Assembly: GCA_002479075.1 (NCBI GenBank)
Contig: DLLG01000004.1
Coordinates: 245,205-309,204 of the forward strand
From: Clostridiales bacterium UBA7568
GTDB taxonomy: Bacteria; Bacillota; Clostridia; Oscillospirales; CAG-272
Reading direction: 5' to 3'
DNA: 64,000 nucleotides
The translations under genes were made by a program, and so were the position numbers. Positions 28,128-37,161 of the stretch are shown here, piece after piece. Below the pieces are notes generated by a model. That model did no database searches. It was given only the letters and a program-made list of their open reading frames with translations, and had not been told where the DNA came from. Within the stretch, counting starts at the first letter, position 1. Every line of letters starts with the position of its first letter.

Positions 28128-29702
28128 ATGGCAACATATTCACATTCAAAGGGAAGAGCTCTCATCCTTGATTACACCGAAAACTATATGGAGAAGGTGT
28201 TTTATTTCTGTCTCAAAAAAACGAGCGACAGAAAAGAAGCTGAGGAGCTGACGCAGGATATTTCTTTTAATATTGTTTCGGCGCTGGAGAGAAATATCCC
28301 CGAAAATTTCCCCGCGTGGGTATGGCAGATAGCAAGAAACAGGTACAGCGTCTGGGCAAGCGAAAAGCACGATAGATCCGAGAAAATATCAGGTACCGAT
28401 ATTTCGGATTACGACCTGCCGGACACAACCGACGTTTCGGACGGGCTCATCGAAAAGGAGCAGCTTTCGCTCCTCCGTCGTGAGCTTGCGTTCATCGCAG
28501 GCGAGTACAGAGACGTTATCCTTGCTTATTATATGGAGAACCGAAGCATAAGGGAGATTGCAAAAAGTCTCCGCTGTGCCGAGGGGACTGTCAAAAGCAG
28601 ACTTTTCCGAGCCCGTAATATTTTGAAAGAAGGTATGGATATGGCAAGAGAATTCGGAGTCAGAAGTTATAAACCGGAGGAAATATCATTCGTTGCGAAT
28701 ATGTCAAACTGCGGGCTTGACGGTCAGCCCTGGAGCGTTCTTATGGGTCATCTGCTTTATAAGAACATCTTCCTTGAGGCTTACGGTAACCCCGAAACGG
28801 CAGAGCAGCTTTCGCTCGAGCTCGGCGTTTCGCTCCCTTATATGGAATGTGAGCTTGAATTTCTGCGCAGGGAAACATTCCTCAAAAAGGACGGCGACAA
28901 ATATTATACGGCGTTCCCGATAATCAGCAGGAGCGCGCAGGAGGCTATCCACGCATACAACGAAACGATTACGCGTGAGATAACATCAAAAATGGAGCAG
29001 TATGTCGATCATCTGCACGAAAAGCTCGGCGATGGACTCTTCGGAGGATACGTCGATTATGAAACGGCGAAATGGACGCTCATAATGAGGCTTTTTGACA
29101 GGTACTGCGTAAGATATATGGAGTCGTATACGAAGCGTCCGCGCGGCGGCGAATGGGACATCTGCGGCTATCAGACAACGAACGCCGCAACCCCCGCATT
29201 TGTCGGATGTCACGGCTCGGGCAAAAAAGGCAGCTTCGAGCAGTATATGTTCAAATACAAAGGCATTTGCGGGAAAATCCCCGATACGCTTGGCGCAGAC
29301 AAAGCGGAAACGCTTGAAAAGCTCGCTCGCGGCGAGGATGTTTCGGGAAGAGACCGGGCGCTTGAAGAGCTTGAAAAATACGGTTATGTGAAAAAAGCGG
29401 GCGATAAATACGCTCTGAACATAGTTGTTCTGAAAGAAGATTCGCTTTCTTATTCGGACGACGTTCTCCGTGCGCTTGAAAACGATATAAGAACAATATT
29501 CCGCACGGCGTCTGAGTTCTCGACGAAGATTGTAAAGAACGAGCTTCCGGACTATTTTGCCGGCGACGAGCAGGCTGTCGCTGTGGCGTGTGACCTTGCG
29601 CAGTTTGAGCGCGGCTATGTTCTTGAGCAGGCAATTGCGGACGGCTGGCTGAAATATGACGAAAATATTTGCCCCTGTGTCGGCGCTCGTGTGGAATTTT
29701 AA
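28128..29702 (+). CDS. sigma-70 family (ECF-like) sigma factor with ~340-aa C-terminal extension
   Basis: Start at ATG 28128. Region 2-like EAEELTQDISFNIV...WVWQIARNRY. Region 4 HTH YRDVILAYYMENRSIREIAKSLRCAEGTVKSRLFRARNILK. A long soluble tail follows with no hydrophobic helix. Confidence 0.8.
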   Translation: MATYSHSKGRALILDYTENYMEKVFYFCLKKTSDRKEAEELTQDISFNIVSALERNIPENFPAWVWQIARNRYSVWASEKHDRSEKISGTDISDYDLPDTTDVSDGLIEKEQLSLLRRELAFIAGEYRDVILAYYMENRSIREIAKSLRCAEGTVKSRLFRARNILKEGMDMAREFGVRSYKPEEISFVANMSNCGLDGQPWSVLMGHLLYKNIFLEAYGNPETAEQLSLELGVSLPYMECELEFLRRETFLKKDGDKYYTAFPIISRSAQEAIHAYNETITREITSKMEQYVDHLHEKLGDGLFGGYVDYETAKWTLIMRLFDRYCVRYMESYTKRPRGGEWDICGYQTTNAATPAFVGCHGSGKKGSFEQYMFKYKGICGKIPDTLGADKAETLEKLARGEDVSGRDRALEELEKYGYVKKAGDKYALNIVVLKEDSLSYSDDVLRALENDIRTIFRTASEFSTKIVKNELPDYFAGDEQAVAVACDLAQFERGYVLEQAIADGWLKYDENICPCVGARVEF

Positions 29703-29711
29703 TAAAATCTA

Positions 29712-29740
29712 TTGACAAATTGCGAATAATATTGTACAAT
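29712..29740 (+). promoter_or_regulatory. near-consensus sigma-A promoter with no downstream CDS
   Basis: TTGACA (29712-29717), 17-nt spacer, TACAAT (29735-29740). Confidence 0.55.
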
Positions 29741-29746
29741 ATAGAC

Positions 29747-29866
29747 GTAAAAGATGACTGTCAGCTCCGCTCTGCGAGCCGAGTGTAAAATGACAAGGTT
29801 TGAAAGAGATTTCTTTTCGCAGGCGGGCAAAGCAAAAACCACCCCTTTTCGGGGGTGGTTTTTGTG
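29747..29866 (+). ncRNA. candidate small RNA (promoter-to-terminator unit, ~120 nt)
   Basis: Bounded by the promoter above and the terminator at 29834-29866. Internal hairpin gaaaga/tctttt (29802-29817) and ctgcga/tcgcag pairing (29772-29777 with 29817-29822). No family recognised. Confidence 0.3.
29834..29866. terminator. bidirectional rho-independent terminator
   Basis: aaaaaccacccc-ttttc-ggggtggttttt. Confidence 0.8.
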
Positions 29867-29872
29867 TGCAGG

Positions 29873-30280
29873 TTAAAATTTTCTGCGTTTTCTGGGCTTT
29901 TGACTTGCGCCGGAAATCCCCGCAAAAGCCGAAGTGACGAGTATCACGGCTGCGCATATCGCGAACATAAGAGGCTTTATTGAAGTCCCGAAGCCGAGCG
30001 CGGCGAGCGCGAGCACGAGAAGAAACAGTACCCCGGAAAACAGTCCCGCGCGCAGACCGCTTTCGCCGAACTTCTTCGCAGAGACAAAAGCTCCGACAAA
30101 TGCCGAAATGAACAGGACGGCGAGGGCAAGCGGCGCGGAATACTTTTCGGGGTCGGGCAGGGAAAGCCCGACTGCGGCGGAAATCAAAAGGGACACCGCT
30201 CCGAACGCAATGCCCCAAAGCGTGCCTTTTACAACGCACGCAAAAATATTTTTATTTGATGCAGACTTACGCATAATCAA
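29873..30280 (-). CDS. small multi-pass membrane protein (TIGR04086-like)
   Basis: Four hydrophobic segments and a basic C-terminus. Its position next to yajC is common in Clostridia. Confidence 0.65.
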   Translation of the reverse strand: MIMRKSASNKNIFACVVKGTLWGIAFGAVSLLISAAVGLSLPDPEKYSAPLALAVLFISAFVGAFVSAKKFGESGLRAGLFSGVLFLLVLALAALGFGTSIKPLMFAICAAVILVTSAFAGISGASQKPRKRRKF

Positions 30281-30332
30281 CCTCCGAGCGTTTTTGTTTT
30301 ATACATATGCACAGCTCGGACAAATTATGCTT

Positions 30333-30743
30333 TTATTTGTTTTCGCCCTTATCGGACGACTTCTCGTCTGCTTTTTCGGTCGCTTCGGCTTTTTCCTTCT
30401 TGGGATCGTATGCCTCGCCTGCTCTGTAATCGATGGAGCGGAGAGCAAAGCGCGCAAAGCTGATGCGGGTGTGTTCCTTGCTTGTAATGATTGTGAACAT
30501 ATCGTCCTTGACTTTTACAACTCTGCCGACGATTCCGCCGATCGTTGTAATATCATCGCCGACCTTGAGCGAATTTTTCATATCGTTCTGTTCTTTTTCC
30601 TGCTTTTTCTGCGGTCTGATGATGAAGAAATAAAATGCAACAACGACAACTATAAGCATACCCCAGAAGAGCCAGTTTGAGAGCCCGTTTCCTCCGGTTG
30701 TGCCTGCGCCTGCCGCCGATGTTACGTCGAGAAGCATAAACAT
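30333..30743 (-). CDS. yajC: preprotein translocase subunit YajC
   Basis: FFIIRPQKKQEKE...LKVGDDITTIGGIVGRVVKV. Confidence 0.9.
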   Translation of the reverse strand: MFMLLDVTSAAGAGTTGGNGLSNWLFWGMLIVVVVAFYFFIIRPQKKQEKEQNDMKNSLKVGDDITTIGGIVGRVVKVKDDMFTIITSKEHTRISFARFALRSIDYRAGEAYDPKKEKAEATEKADEKSSDKGENK

Positions 30744-30844
30744 AGTAAAATAGTACCTTTCAAAAATATAATTTTTATATAGTATACCGCAACATTATGA
30801 AGATTTCAAGTAAATATTTTATGAATTATTTATTTTTTCCGATT

Positions 30845-30876
30845 TCAAAAGCCGACGCATCTGCGCCGGCTTTTGA
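30845..30876 (-). terminator. rho-independent terminator after mazF
   Basis: Stem gccgacgca/tgcgccggc (one mismatch), flanked by A/T runs. Confidence 0.6.
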
Positions 30877-30886
30877 AATGAATATA

Positions 30887-31315
30887 TTATGCGGTAACTG
30901 CTGGGACGCTTTCCGCGTCGGGAAGGGCTGTTTGCCCGTTCTCTGCGGGTGGAGCGTATCCTGCGGCGAGCCCGAAGCTCACGCTTATGGCATCGTTGAC
31001 CCTTTGCATAAGTAAATCGTCAAGGTGACCCATCTTTTCTCTCAGACGACGTTTGTCTATTGTCCGTATCTGTTCAAGCAGTATAACAGAGTCCTTTGCC
31101 AGTCCGAACGTTTCGGCATAAACGTCGATATGCGTCGGGAGCTTTGCCTTGCTTATCTGGCTCGTTATGGCGGCGGCGATGACTGTTGGGCTGTATCTGT
31201 TGCCGACGTCGTTCTGAACTATCAGCACAGGGCGCAGCCCGCCCTGCTCGCTGCCGACGACCGGGCTCAGATCCGCATAATAAATATCTCCTCGTTTGAC
31301 ATTCAACTTCTTCAC
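30887..31315 (-). CDS. mazF: MazF/EndoA (PemK family) endoribonuclease toxin with ~26-aa C-terminal extension
   Basis: GTG start. [58 protein letters not shown] closely matches B. subtilis EndoA as I recall it. Confidence 0.9.
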   Translation of the reverse strand: MKKLNVKRGDIYYADLSPVVGSEQGGLRPVLIVQNDVGNRYSPTVIAAAITSQISKAKLPTHIDVYAETFGLAKDSVILLEQIRTIDKRRLREKMGHLDDLLMQRVNDAISVSFGLAAGYAPPAENGQTALPDAESVPAVTA

Positions 31316-31778
31316 ACTCTCTTTGCTTTGATACTTTTGGAAAGATACACTTTCCGATTATATTTTTTCCGTATCACAGGTGTGTTTAGTCAAGGAAAAA
31401 TAAAAAAATTATGACAAAAAATGACACATTCGCTCAGGCAAAGAAAAATGATTTTTCTCCTTGCCTATTTTATTATATTTTGCGGAGCCGATTTTTGTCC
31501 CGAATATTGTCTCTGACAAGAAAAGCCTTGTCTCGTCTGGATTTTCGGTTTTATATTTCTGTATAAAATCTCGTTTTTTGCTCATAAAAACCGCATTCGC
31601 AGCGTATGATAATAATGAAAGGAATGTAAAAAATCGCATATGGGAAAGCCCTGTACGGACGTCTAAAATGCTCAAATTTACGAAAAAGCCTTGATTTTTT
31701 TTGAATATCAATGTATAATAAAATCGTATTGACGAAAGTGTACGCTTTTTGACGTACAGAAAAACAGGCAGTTTTTAT

Positions 31779-32408
31779 ATGAAAAAGATACTTCTGACTT
31801 GCTTTAAGCCGTTCGGCGGAGAGAAAATAAACCCTTCCGAAGAGGCTGTCGGGTTGGTGAAAGCGCCGCTCGGCTGCGAGCTGAAAAGGGCTTGTTTGCC
31901 CGTCAGCTGGAGGGAAGCAAGAGAGCGTCTTTTTGATACGATCGACAGCTTTTCGCCCGACGTCGTTATAATGACGGGGCAAGCGGGAGGCTCCTCCTCG
32001 ATACGGGTAGAGCGCGTTGCAATAAATCTTTGCGGTGCGATAAAGGACGAGGACGGGTTTTATCCCGGAATGAGCAAATTGCCGGCAGAGCTCCCGATAA
32101 GAGAAGGCGCTCCCGCGGCATACTTTTCGACTGTCGATTGCAAAAAAATTCAGAAAGCATTGAAAGAAGAAAACATTCCCGCCGAGCTTTCTTATTCGGC
32201 AGGAACGTATATTTGTAATTGCGTTTTGTTTTCCGCGCTTGACAAGTTCGCTTGTGAGGGGAAAAATGCGACGGCAGGGTTTATTCATCTGCCATATGCG
32301 GATTGCCAGAGAGCCGGAGTTCCGACATTGGGGGTCGGCGTTATGGCTCGTGCGCTGGAAACGGTTTTGGCGCGAATCATTATGGGGGAAAAATTATGCG
32401 AAGACTGA
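31779..32408 (+). CDS. pcp: pyroglutamyl-peptidase I
   Basis: Start at ATG 31779. LLTCFKPFGGEKINPS, catalytic Cys context SAGTYICN, and GFIHLP. Confidence 0.9.
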   Translation: MKKILLTCFKPFGGEKINPSEEAVGLVKAPLGCELKRACLPVSWREARERLFDTIDSFSPDVVIMTGQAGGSSSIRVERVAINLCGAIKDEDGFYPGMSKLPAELPIREGAPAAYFSTVDCKKIQKALKEENIPAELSYSAGTYICNCVLFSALDKFACEGKNATAGFIHLPYADCQRAGVPTLGVGVMARALETVLARIIMGEKLCED

Positions 32409-33166
32409 AAAAAATTATGTGCGTGGCGCTTGTGCTGTCCGCTTTTGCCTTGCTTTTGTCTTCTTGTGTGACAACGAGAAAATATGAAAAGCAGGTATTG
32501 AATTATCTTGAGGATAAGTATGAGGGTGACGAGTTCGAGCTCCTTTCGTACAGCAAAAACAAAAAAACAAGCAGCAGGTATGAGATCAAGGCCATATGCC
32601 TTACGGACGAAACGGAATTTGATATTTATGCTTATTCCGCAAACAATATCTCGGATGCATATGCCGTCACAAAGGCGAACAACGATATGCGCGCGCAGCT
32701 GAACAAGGTGTTCAGTTACAGCGAGGCTTCAAAGTATGTAACAGATATTCGTTGGCTCCGTCTCTATAATGAAGAAACAACGGATTACAGCTTCCTTGCC
32801 GCAGATAAGGTCGATGCTTTTGAAAAGCAGGAGCAGATAACCTCGATAGACGCAATCATCTTCGGCAACCCTCTCAAGGCAGAGCAGGTTGCGGACGGTG
32901 TCGTTGCGACGGTAAAGGCGCTTGAAAGCAAGGACATCTCTCTCGAGAGCATAGGATTTGAGTTCACGGTGCTTACACAGGAATGCAGAATGGAAACTTC
33001 GACGGCAGATATTGAAAGCTCAACGGTTGAAGAAATAACCCGTTTTATAAACGAAAAGCTCAGCGAAAGCAAGGACGGTCAGTCCGTTTGGATGAATTAT
33101 GATCGTCAGGTTGTGTTTAAGTTTCAGAGCGCTGCAAGAGAAGTCCCAGATGACTTTGAAAAATGA
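32396..33166 (+). CDS. hypothetical lipoprotein
   Basis: ATG 32396 overlaps the pcp end. Lipobox LLSSC. Confidence 0.7.
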   Translation: MRRLKKIMCVALVLSAFALLLSSCVTTRKYEKQVLNYLEDKYEGDEFELLSYSKNKKTSSRYEIKAICLTDETEFDIYAYSANNISDAYAVTKANNDMRAQLNKVFSYSEASKYVTDIRWLRLYNEETTDYSFLAADKVDAFEKQEQITSIDAIIFGNPLKAEQVADGVVATVKALESKDISLESIGFEFTVLTQECRMETSTADIESSTVEEITRFINEKLSESKDGQSVWMNYDRQVVFKFQSAAREVPDDFEK

Positions 33167-33174
33167 AAAACGAA

Positions 33175-33206
33175 AAAGGACCATCGCATCTGCGGTGGTC
33201 TTTTTA
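33175..33206 (+). terminator. rho-independent terminator
   Basis: Stem gaccatcgca/tgcggtggtc (one mismatch) followed by TTTTT. Confidence 0.65.
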
Positions 33207-33312
33207 TATTTTCTGATTGAGGGAAATTTTATTTGAAATATGTTTTTTGGCGGTAGTTTGGCAGGTAAAAACGCATAAAAGGACAAAAAAGCGCAAAATC
33301 CGCGCCCGGTTA

Positions 33313-33341
33313 TTGACAACTCGGCGTTTGCATAGTATAAT
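33313..33341 (+). promoter_or_regulatory. consensus sigma-A promoter
   Basis: TTGACA (33313-33318), 17-nt spacer, TATAAT (33336-33341). Confidence 0.7.
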
Positions 33342-33381
33342 TTAATAAATCCTTAATATTTTTAAAGAGAGGTGTAAAATT

Positions 33382-33831
33382 ATGAAAAACTGTCCTAAAT
33401 GCGGTACCGTTTGTGACGATAACTCTTCGTTCTGCAATAATTGCGGAAGCGCCCTCGACGGAAGCCCGGCAAATGCTCAGACATTTGACGCAGATCCGTT
33501 CGATCGCACAGCCGAGTTTGACCCTGCCGACATCTCCGCAAACAAGGTTATTGCAATGGCTCCGTATCTGATGGGCTGGGTGGGAATTATTATCGCTCTC
33601 CTTGCAATCAACAATTCGAAGTACGTCGCTTTCTGTGTAAAGCAGGCTCTCAAGCTTGAGGTTTGCTTCATACTTTCGGCGTTCTTCTGCATTGTTCCGT
33701 TCCTCGGATGGCTTGCGTTTGCGGTTTGCGCGATAATCATCTTCGTCCTGAAGATCATCGGCTTTTTCAATGTCTGCGGCGGCAAGGCTAAAGAACTTCC
33801 CATCGTCAGAAACTTTGACTTTCTTAAATAA
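33382..33831 (+). CDS. zinc-ribbon domain membrane protein (DUF4870-like)
   Basis: CPKCG...CNNCG zinc ribbon followed by three hydrophobic helices. Confidence 0.7.
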   Translation: MKNCPKCGTVCDDNSSFCNNCGSALDGSPANAQTFDADPFDRTAEFDPADISANKVIAMAPYLMGWVGIIIALLAINNSKYVAFCVKQALKLEVCFILSAFFCIVPFLGWLAFAVCAIIIFVLKIIGFFNVCGGKAKELPIVRNFDFLK

Positions 33832-33844
33832 TTATATTTTAAGA

Positions 33845-33877
33845 CAAAAAAATCCTCCCGATCGGGAGGATTTTTTT
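33845..33877. terminator. bidirectional rho-independent terminator
   Basis: Perfect palindrome aatcctcccGATCgggaggatt flanked by an A-run and a T-run. Confidence 0.85.
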
Positions 33878-33888
33878 ATGAGTTAAAT

Positions 33889-35022
33889 TCAGCTTTTTCT
33901 GAGTATGGACATAAGGTCGTCGAAGTCGCTGTCGGAAACGAGAGCGTCTTCTTTGTCCTCTGCAACGATCGGAGCTTTGACAGGTCTTTCAGCTGCGGGC
34001 TTTACGACGGGTGTCTCTGCAGGAGCGGCTACGGAAGCTGCGGAAGCGGGACGCTTCGCGGACTCTTCTGTTCTGAAGCCTGTTGCGATGACAGTAACCT
34101 TGATTGTGTCTTCGAGGCTGTTGTCTATCGTAGCACCCCAAATGATAGTTGCATCGGGATGAGCTTCGCTGGAAATCATAGAGGAAGCTGTTTCAACTTC
34201 GTCAAGGCTGATGTCAGCGGAAGCTGTGATGTTGATAAGTATACCTGTTGCGCCGGAGATTGTTGTTTCGAGAAGCGGGCTGGTGATAGCCATCTTAGCC
34301 GCAACCTCTGCCTTGTCTCTGCCTGTGCCTGTGCCGATACCCATATGAGCATAACCTGCATCACGCATAACGGCGGAAACGTCCGCAAAGTCAAGGTTTA
34401 CAAGACCCGGGATGTTGATAAGGTCGGAAACGCTCTGAACACCGCGACGGAGAACGTCATCTGCGTATTCGAATGCGTTGGAAAGGGTAATTCTGTTTTC
34501 GGAAATCTGTTTAAGTCTTTCGTTGGGGATGACGACGAGAGCGTCAACATAGTCGCGAAGGTGAACAATGCCCTGCTCAGCCTGGATCATACGCTTTCTT
34601 CCCTCAAAAGAGAAGGGCTTCGTAACGATACCGATTGTAAGTATACCCATTTCCTTTGCAACCTTTGCAACTACGGGAGCTGCGCCTGTTCCTGTGCCGC
34701 CGCCCATACCTGTTGTGATGAAGACCATATCCGCTCCGCGGATTATGTTCTGGATGTCTTCAATGTTTTCTTCTGCCGCGCGCTTGCCGACCTCGGGATC
34801 GGAGCCTGCGCCGTGACCCTTTGTAATCTTTTCGCCGATGGCGATCTTTGTGGGTGCGCTGGATGTGAGAAGAACCTGCTTGTCGCAGTTGACGGTGATA
34901 AAGTCAACTCCCTGAATATTTGTTTCGATCATACGGTTTACAGCGTTACCGCCGCCGCCGCCGACGCCGATGACTTTAATCTTTACGCCACTGTCGTAAT
35001 TGTTGTCAAATTCAAAACCCAT
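33889..35022 (-). CDS. ftsZ: cell division protein FtsZ
   Basis: [13 protein letters not shown] tubulin signature. AGGAGG RBS. Confidence 0.97.
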   Translation of the reverse strand: MGFEFDNNYDSGVKIKVIGVGGGGGNAVNRMIETNIQGVDFITVNCDKQVLLTSSAPTKIAIGEKITKGHGAGSDPEVGKRAAEENIEDIQNIIRGADMVFITTGMGGGTGTGAAPVVAKVAKEMGILTIGIVTKPFSFEGRKRMIQAEQGIVHLRDYVDALVVIPNERLKQISENRITLSNAFEYADDVLRRGVQSVSDLINIPGLVNLDFADVSAVMRDAGYAHMGIGTGTGRDKAEVAAKMAITSPLLETTISGATGILINITASADISLDEVETASSMISSEAHPDATIIWGATIDNSLEDTIKVTVIATGFRTEESAKRPASAASVAAPAETPVVKPAAERPVKAPIVAEDKEDALVSDSDFDDLMSILRKS

Positions 35023-35212
35023 TTTTTAAACCTCCTAAAATTTTGCTCCTAAAAGTTGATACAGTAATATAATAATATTTATTTTCAAATTTTGCAATAT
35101 GTTTTTATAAAAAAGTCTGAAAAATTGCAGAAAATCCTGTAAAAACGTGAAAAAACGGCTTTTCGAGGGTTAAAAAGGGCATTTATATATACTTTTTCGG
35201 TGACAAATTTTG

Positions 35213-35980
35213 TCAGTTGGCTGTTCCGGTGATTACGAAGGATGTCTCGGAAGTGGTGCTTGCGTATATCGTTCCGGACACTCCGGGCATATTTTTTTCA
35301 ACATATCCGATCGTTTTTTTGCAGAATTTCAGCTTTTTTTCTAAGTCTGTATAACTTCCGAATACAATCGTATACTTGCTTTTATACACCGCTTTAACAT
35401 CAAATTTGTTTGAAATGTCAATCGAGGTGATGCTGCCTGAAAAATCACACGAAGCAAACAGCTGCAGGAGCCCGTTGCAAAGCGAATAGTCCTTTGCAGA
35501 CTCAAAAACGAGCGTCCCGCCGACATCCGCCTTGGATATTTTGGGCAGGGAAAGGGGGATCAGTCCGGAGGAGGCAAGCCCCTGCGGATTTTCCTTTGAA
35601 TCGAGCACGCGAAGCTCGCCGGAGAGAATCAAAAATTTGGATTCGAACGGCACAAAAAAGACGGGCTTGTCCTCGGTCACCGTAATTATTATCGATGACG
35701 GCAGGCGACGCCTGATCGTCACGGAGCTGACATACGGATTTTCCGAAATAATCCGATCCGCAATCGCAGCTTTATCGATCGAATACATATGTGCTCCGCG
35801 TTTCAGTGCCGCCGAGGAAGCGATGCTTTCCGCATCCGAAAGCTCGTTTCCTGCAATCGTTACGTTTTTTATCCTGAATGACAGAATAAAGATTGCTATA
35901 AGAACAAGTGCGGCGGCAAAAAAGCACGCTTTTATTACAAAAGCTTTTATCCGAAACGAGGAAACATCGTTTTTACTCAT
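35213..35980 (-). CDS. ftsQ: cell division protein FtsQ/DivIB (POTRA)
   Basis: Start at ATG 35980 overlaps the murG stop. One TM helix then a POTRA-like IKNVTIAGNELSD segment. Position between murG and ftsZ. Confidence 0.8.
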   Translation of the reverse strand: MSKNDVSSFRIKAFVIKACFFAAALVLIAIFILSFRIKNVTIAGNELSDAESIASSAALKRGAHMYSIDKAAIADRIISENPYVSSVTIRRRLPSSIIITVTEDKPVFFVPFESKFLILSGELRVLDSKENPQGLASSGLIPLSLPKISKADVGGTLVFESAKDYSLCNGLLQLFASCDFSGSITSIDISNKFDVKAVYKSKYTIVFGSYTDLEKKLKFCKKTIGYVEKNMPGVSGTIYASTTSETSFVITGTAN

Positions 35981-37121
35981 TTGCTTCCTCCTTTGCCACG
36001 GGAGACAGAACGTTGCCGGTTGAGATACGGAGGAGCTCTCTGTAAATTCGTTCTCTCGCATCAGGCTTTGCAAACGCGCGGATATTTTCCGAGAGTTTTG
36101 CGCCGAGGGGAGTGAACAAAAGATCGCTTACGGCGGCCTTAAGTCCGTCGGGAGTCAGATTTTTTTCTTCTATGAGAAGTGCGGCTTCGGCGCGACGAAG
36201 CCCCTCTGCGTTTTTGAACTGATGATTTGCGACAACGTTCGGCGAAGGGACGAAAATGCACGCCTTGCCCATAAGTGCAAGCTCTGAAATCGTCATTGCG
36301 CCGGAGCGACATATTACAGCGTCTGCCGCCGCTTCCCATTTCGGCATATCGTAAATATATTCGGCGGGGCGCAGGTTTTTGCAGGCTCCGAGCCCCTTTT
36401 CGGCGAACTTCCGCATAAATTCTCCGTAGCCGCCTTTGCCTGTTGAATGGATATGAAAAACTTCCGGATGCTTTGAGGAAAATTCCTCCATAAGGGCGAG
36501 GGCGCTGTCGTTTATCGCCTGCGCTCCGAGACTGCCTCCGAAGGAGAGGAGGATATATTTGCAGCCCTGCGGGATGTCAAGTGCCGCCCTTGCCTGTTGC
36601 TTCGAAAGAGAGATGCCCTCTGCACGCATCGGGTTTCCGACGCAGAGAACCTTATCCTTTTCATTCAGCTCGTCTATTGTTGACGGAAAGTTTGTAAATA
36701 TGACATCCGAATCCTTCTGGAGCATTTTTATGGCTTTTCCGGGTATTATGTTTGATTCGTGAACGGCTGTCGGTATGCCCATTTTTGCCGCTGTGTGAAT
36801 GAGAGGATAGGAGAGATAGTTTCCCGTTGCGAACACGACATCCGGCTTAAATGATTTCAGCAGCTTTTTTGCTGCGATCTGCGAAGTGAAAAAACATATA
36901 GCGGTCTTTATATTTTTCGGGGAAAGACTTCTTTGCAGTCCGCTCATTTCTATATGATAAGTTTCATATCCCGCCTTCTCGACGAGTGTCCGCTCCATTC
37001 CGTTTTTTGTAGCAATGAAGAGGATTTCTGCGTACTTGTCGTGACTCTTTATTGTATCGGCAACAGCTATTGCGGGGTATATATGACCGCCGGTCCCTCC
37101 GCCTGCAAGAATGATCTTCAT
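35973..37121 (-). CDS. murG: UDP-N-acetylglucosamine--N-acetylmuramyl-(pentapeptide) pyrophosphoryl-undecaprenol GlcNAc transferase
   Basis: Start at ATG 37121 behind GGAGGAG. GGTGGHIYPAIAV. Confidence 0.93.
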   Translation of the reverse strand: MKIILAGGGTGGHIYPAIAVADTIKSHDKYAEILFIATKNGMERTLVEKAGYETYHIEMSGLQRSLSPKNIKTAICFFTSQIAAKKLLKSFKPDVVFATGNYLSYPLIHTAAKMGIPTAVHESNIIPGKAIKMLQKDSDVIFTNFPSTIDELNEKDKVLCVGNPMRAEGISLSKQQARAALDIPQGCKYILLSFGGSLGAQAINDSALALMEEFSSKHPEVFHIHSTGKGGYGEFMRKFAEKGLGACKNLRPAEYIYDMPKWEAAADAVICRSGAMTISELALMGKACIFVPSPNVVANHQFKNAEGLRRAEAALLIEEKNLTPDGLKAAVSDLLFTPLGAKLSENIRAFAKPDARERIYRELLRISTGNVLSPVAKEEANE

Positions 37122-37161
37122 TTTTGACTCCTCCGAAAAAGATGATATTTTTTTCGCCTTT

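Noticed and set aside
29754-29876. A 40-codon ORF (MTVSSALRAECKMTRFERDFF...) inside the candidate sRNA.
   Set aside because: It has no SD upstream of the ATG, and the reading frame runs through both arms of the terminator hairpin.
31409-31711. A 100-aa minus-strand ORF upstream of mazF, considered as the missing MazE antitoxin.
   Set aside because: It is a low-complexity product of AT-rich DNA with no RHH, AbrB or SpoVT-like N-terminus. It ends 93 nt before mazF rather than abutting it, and it has no convincing RBS.
34159-35052. A 297-aa ORF antisense to ftsZ. Similar long shadow ORFs include 13038..13910 against lon, 25965..26795 and 27046..28092 against copA, 47524..48429 against rsmD/uvrC, 18408..19166, 19163..19807, 16792..17532, 5814..6563, and the alternative frame 53846..54604 inside murJ.
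   Set aside because: Each lies fully inside a gene with unmistakable motifs on the other strand or frame. Each has low-complexity Arg/Ser/Ala-rich composition and no RBS. This is typical stop-poor antisense frame behaviour in a codon-biased genome.
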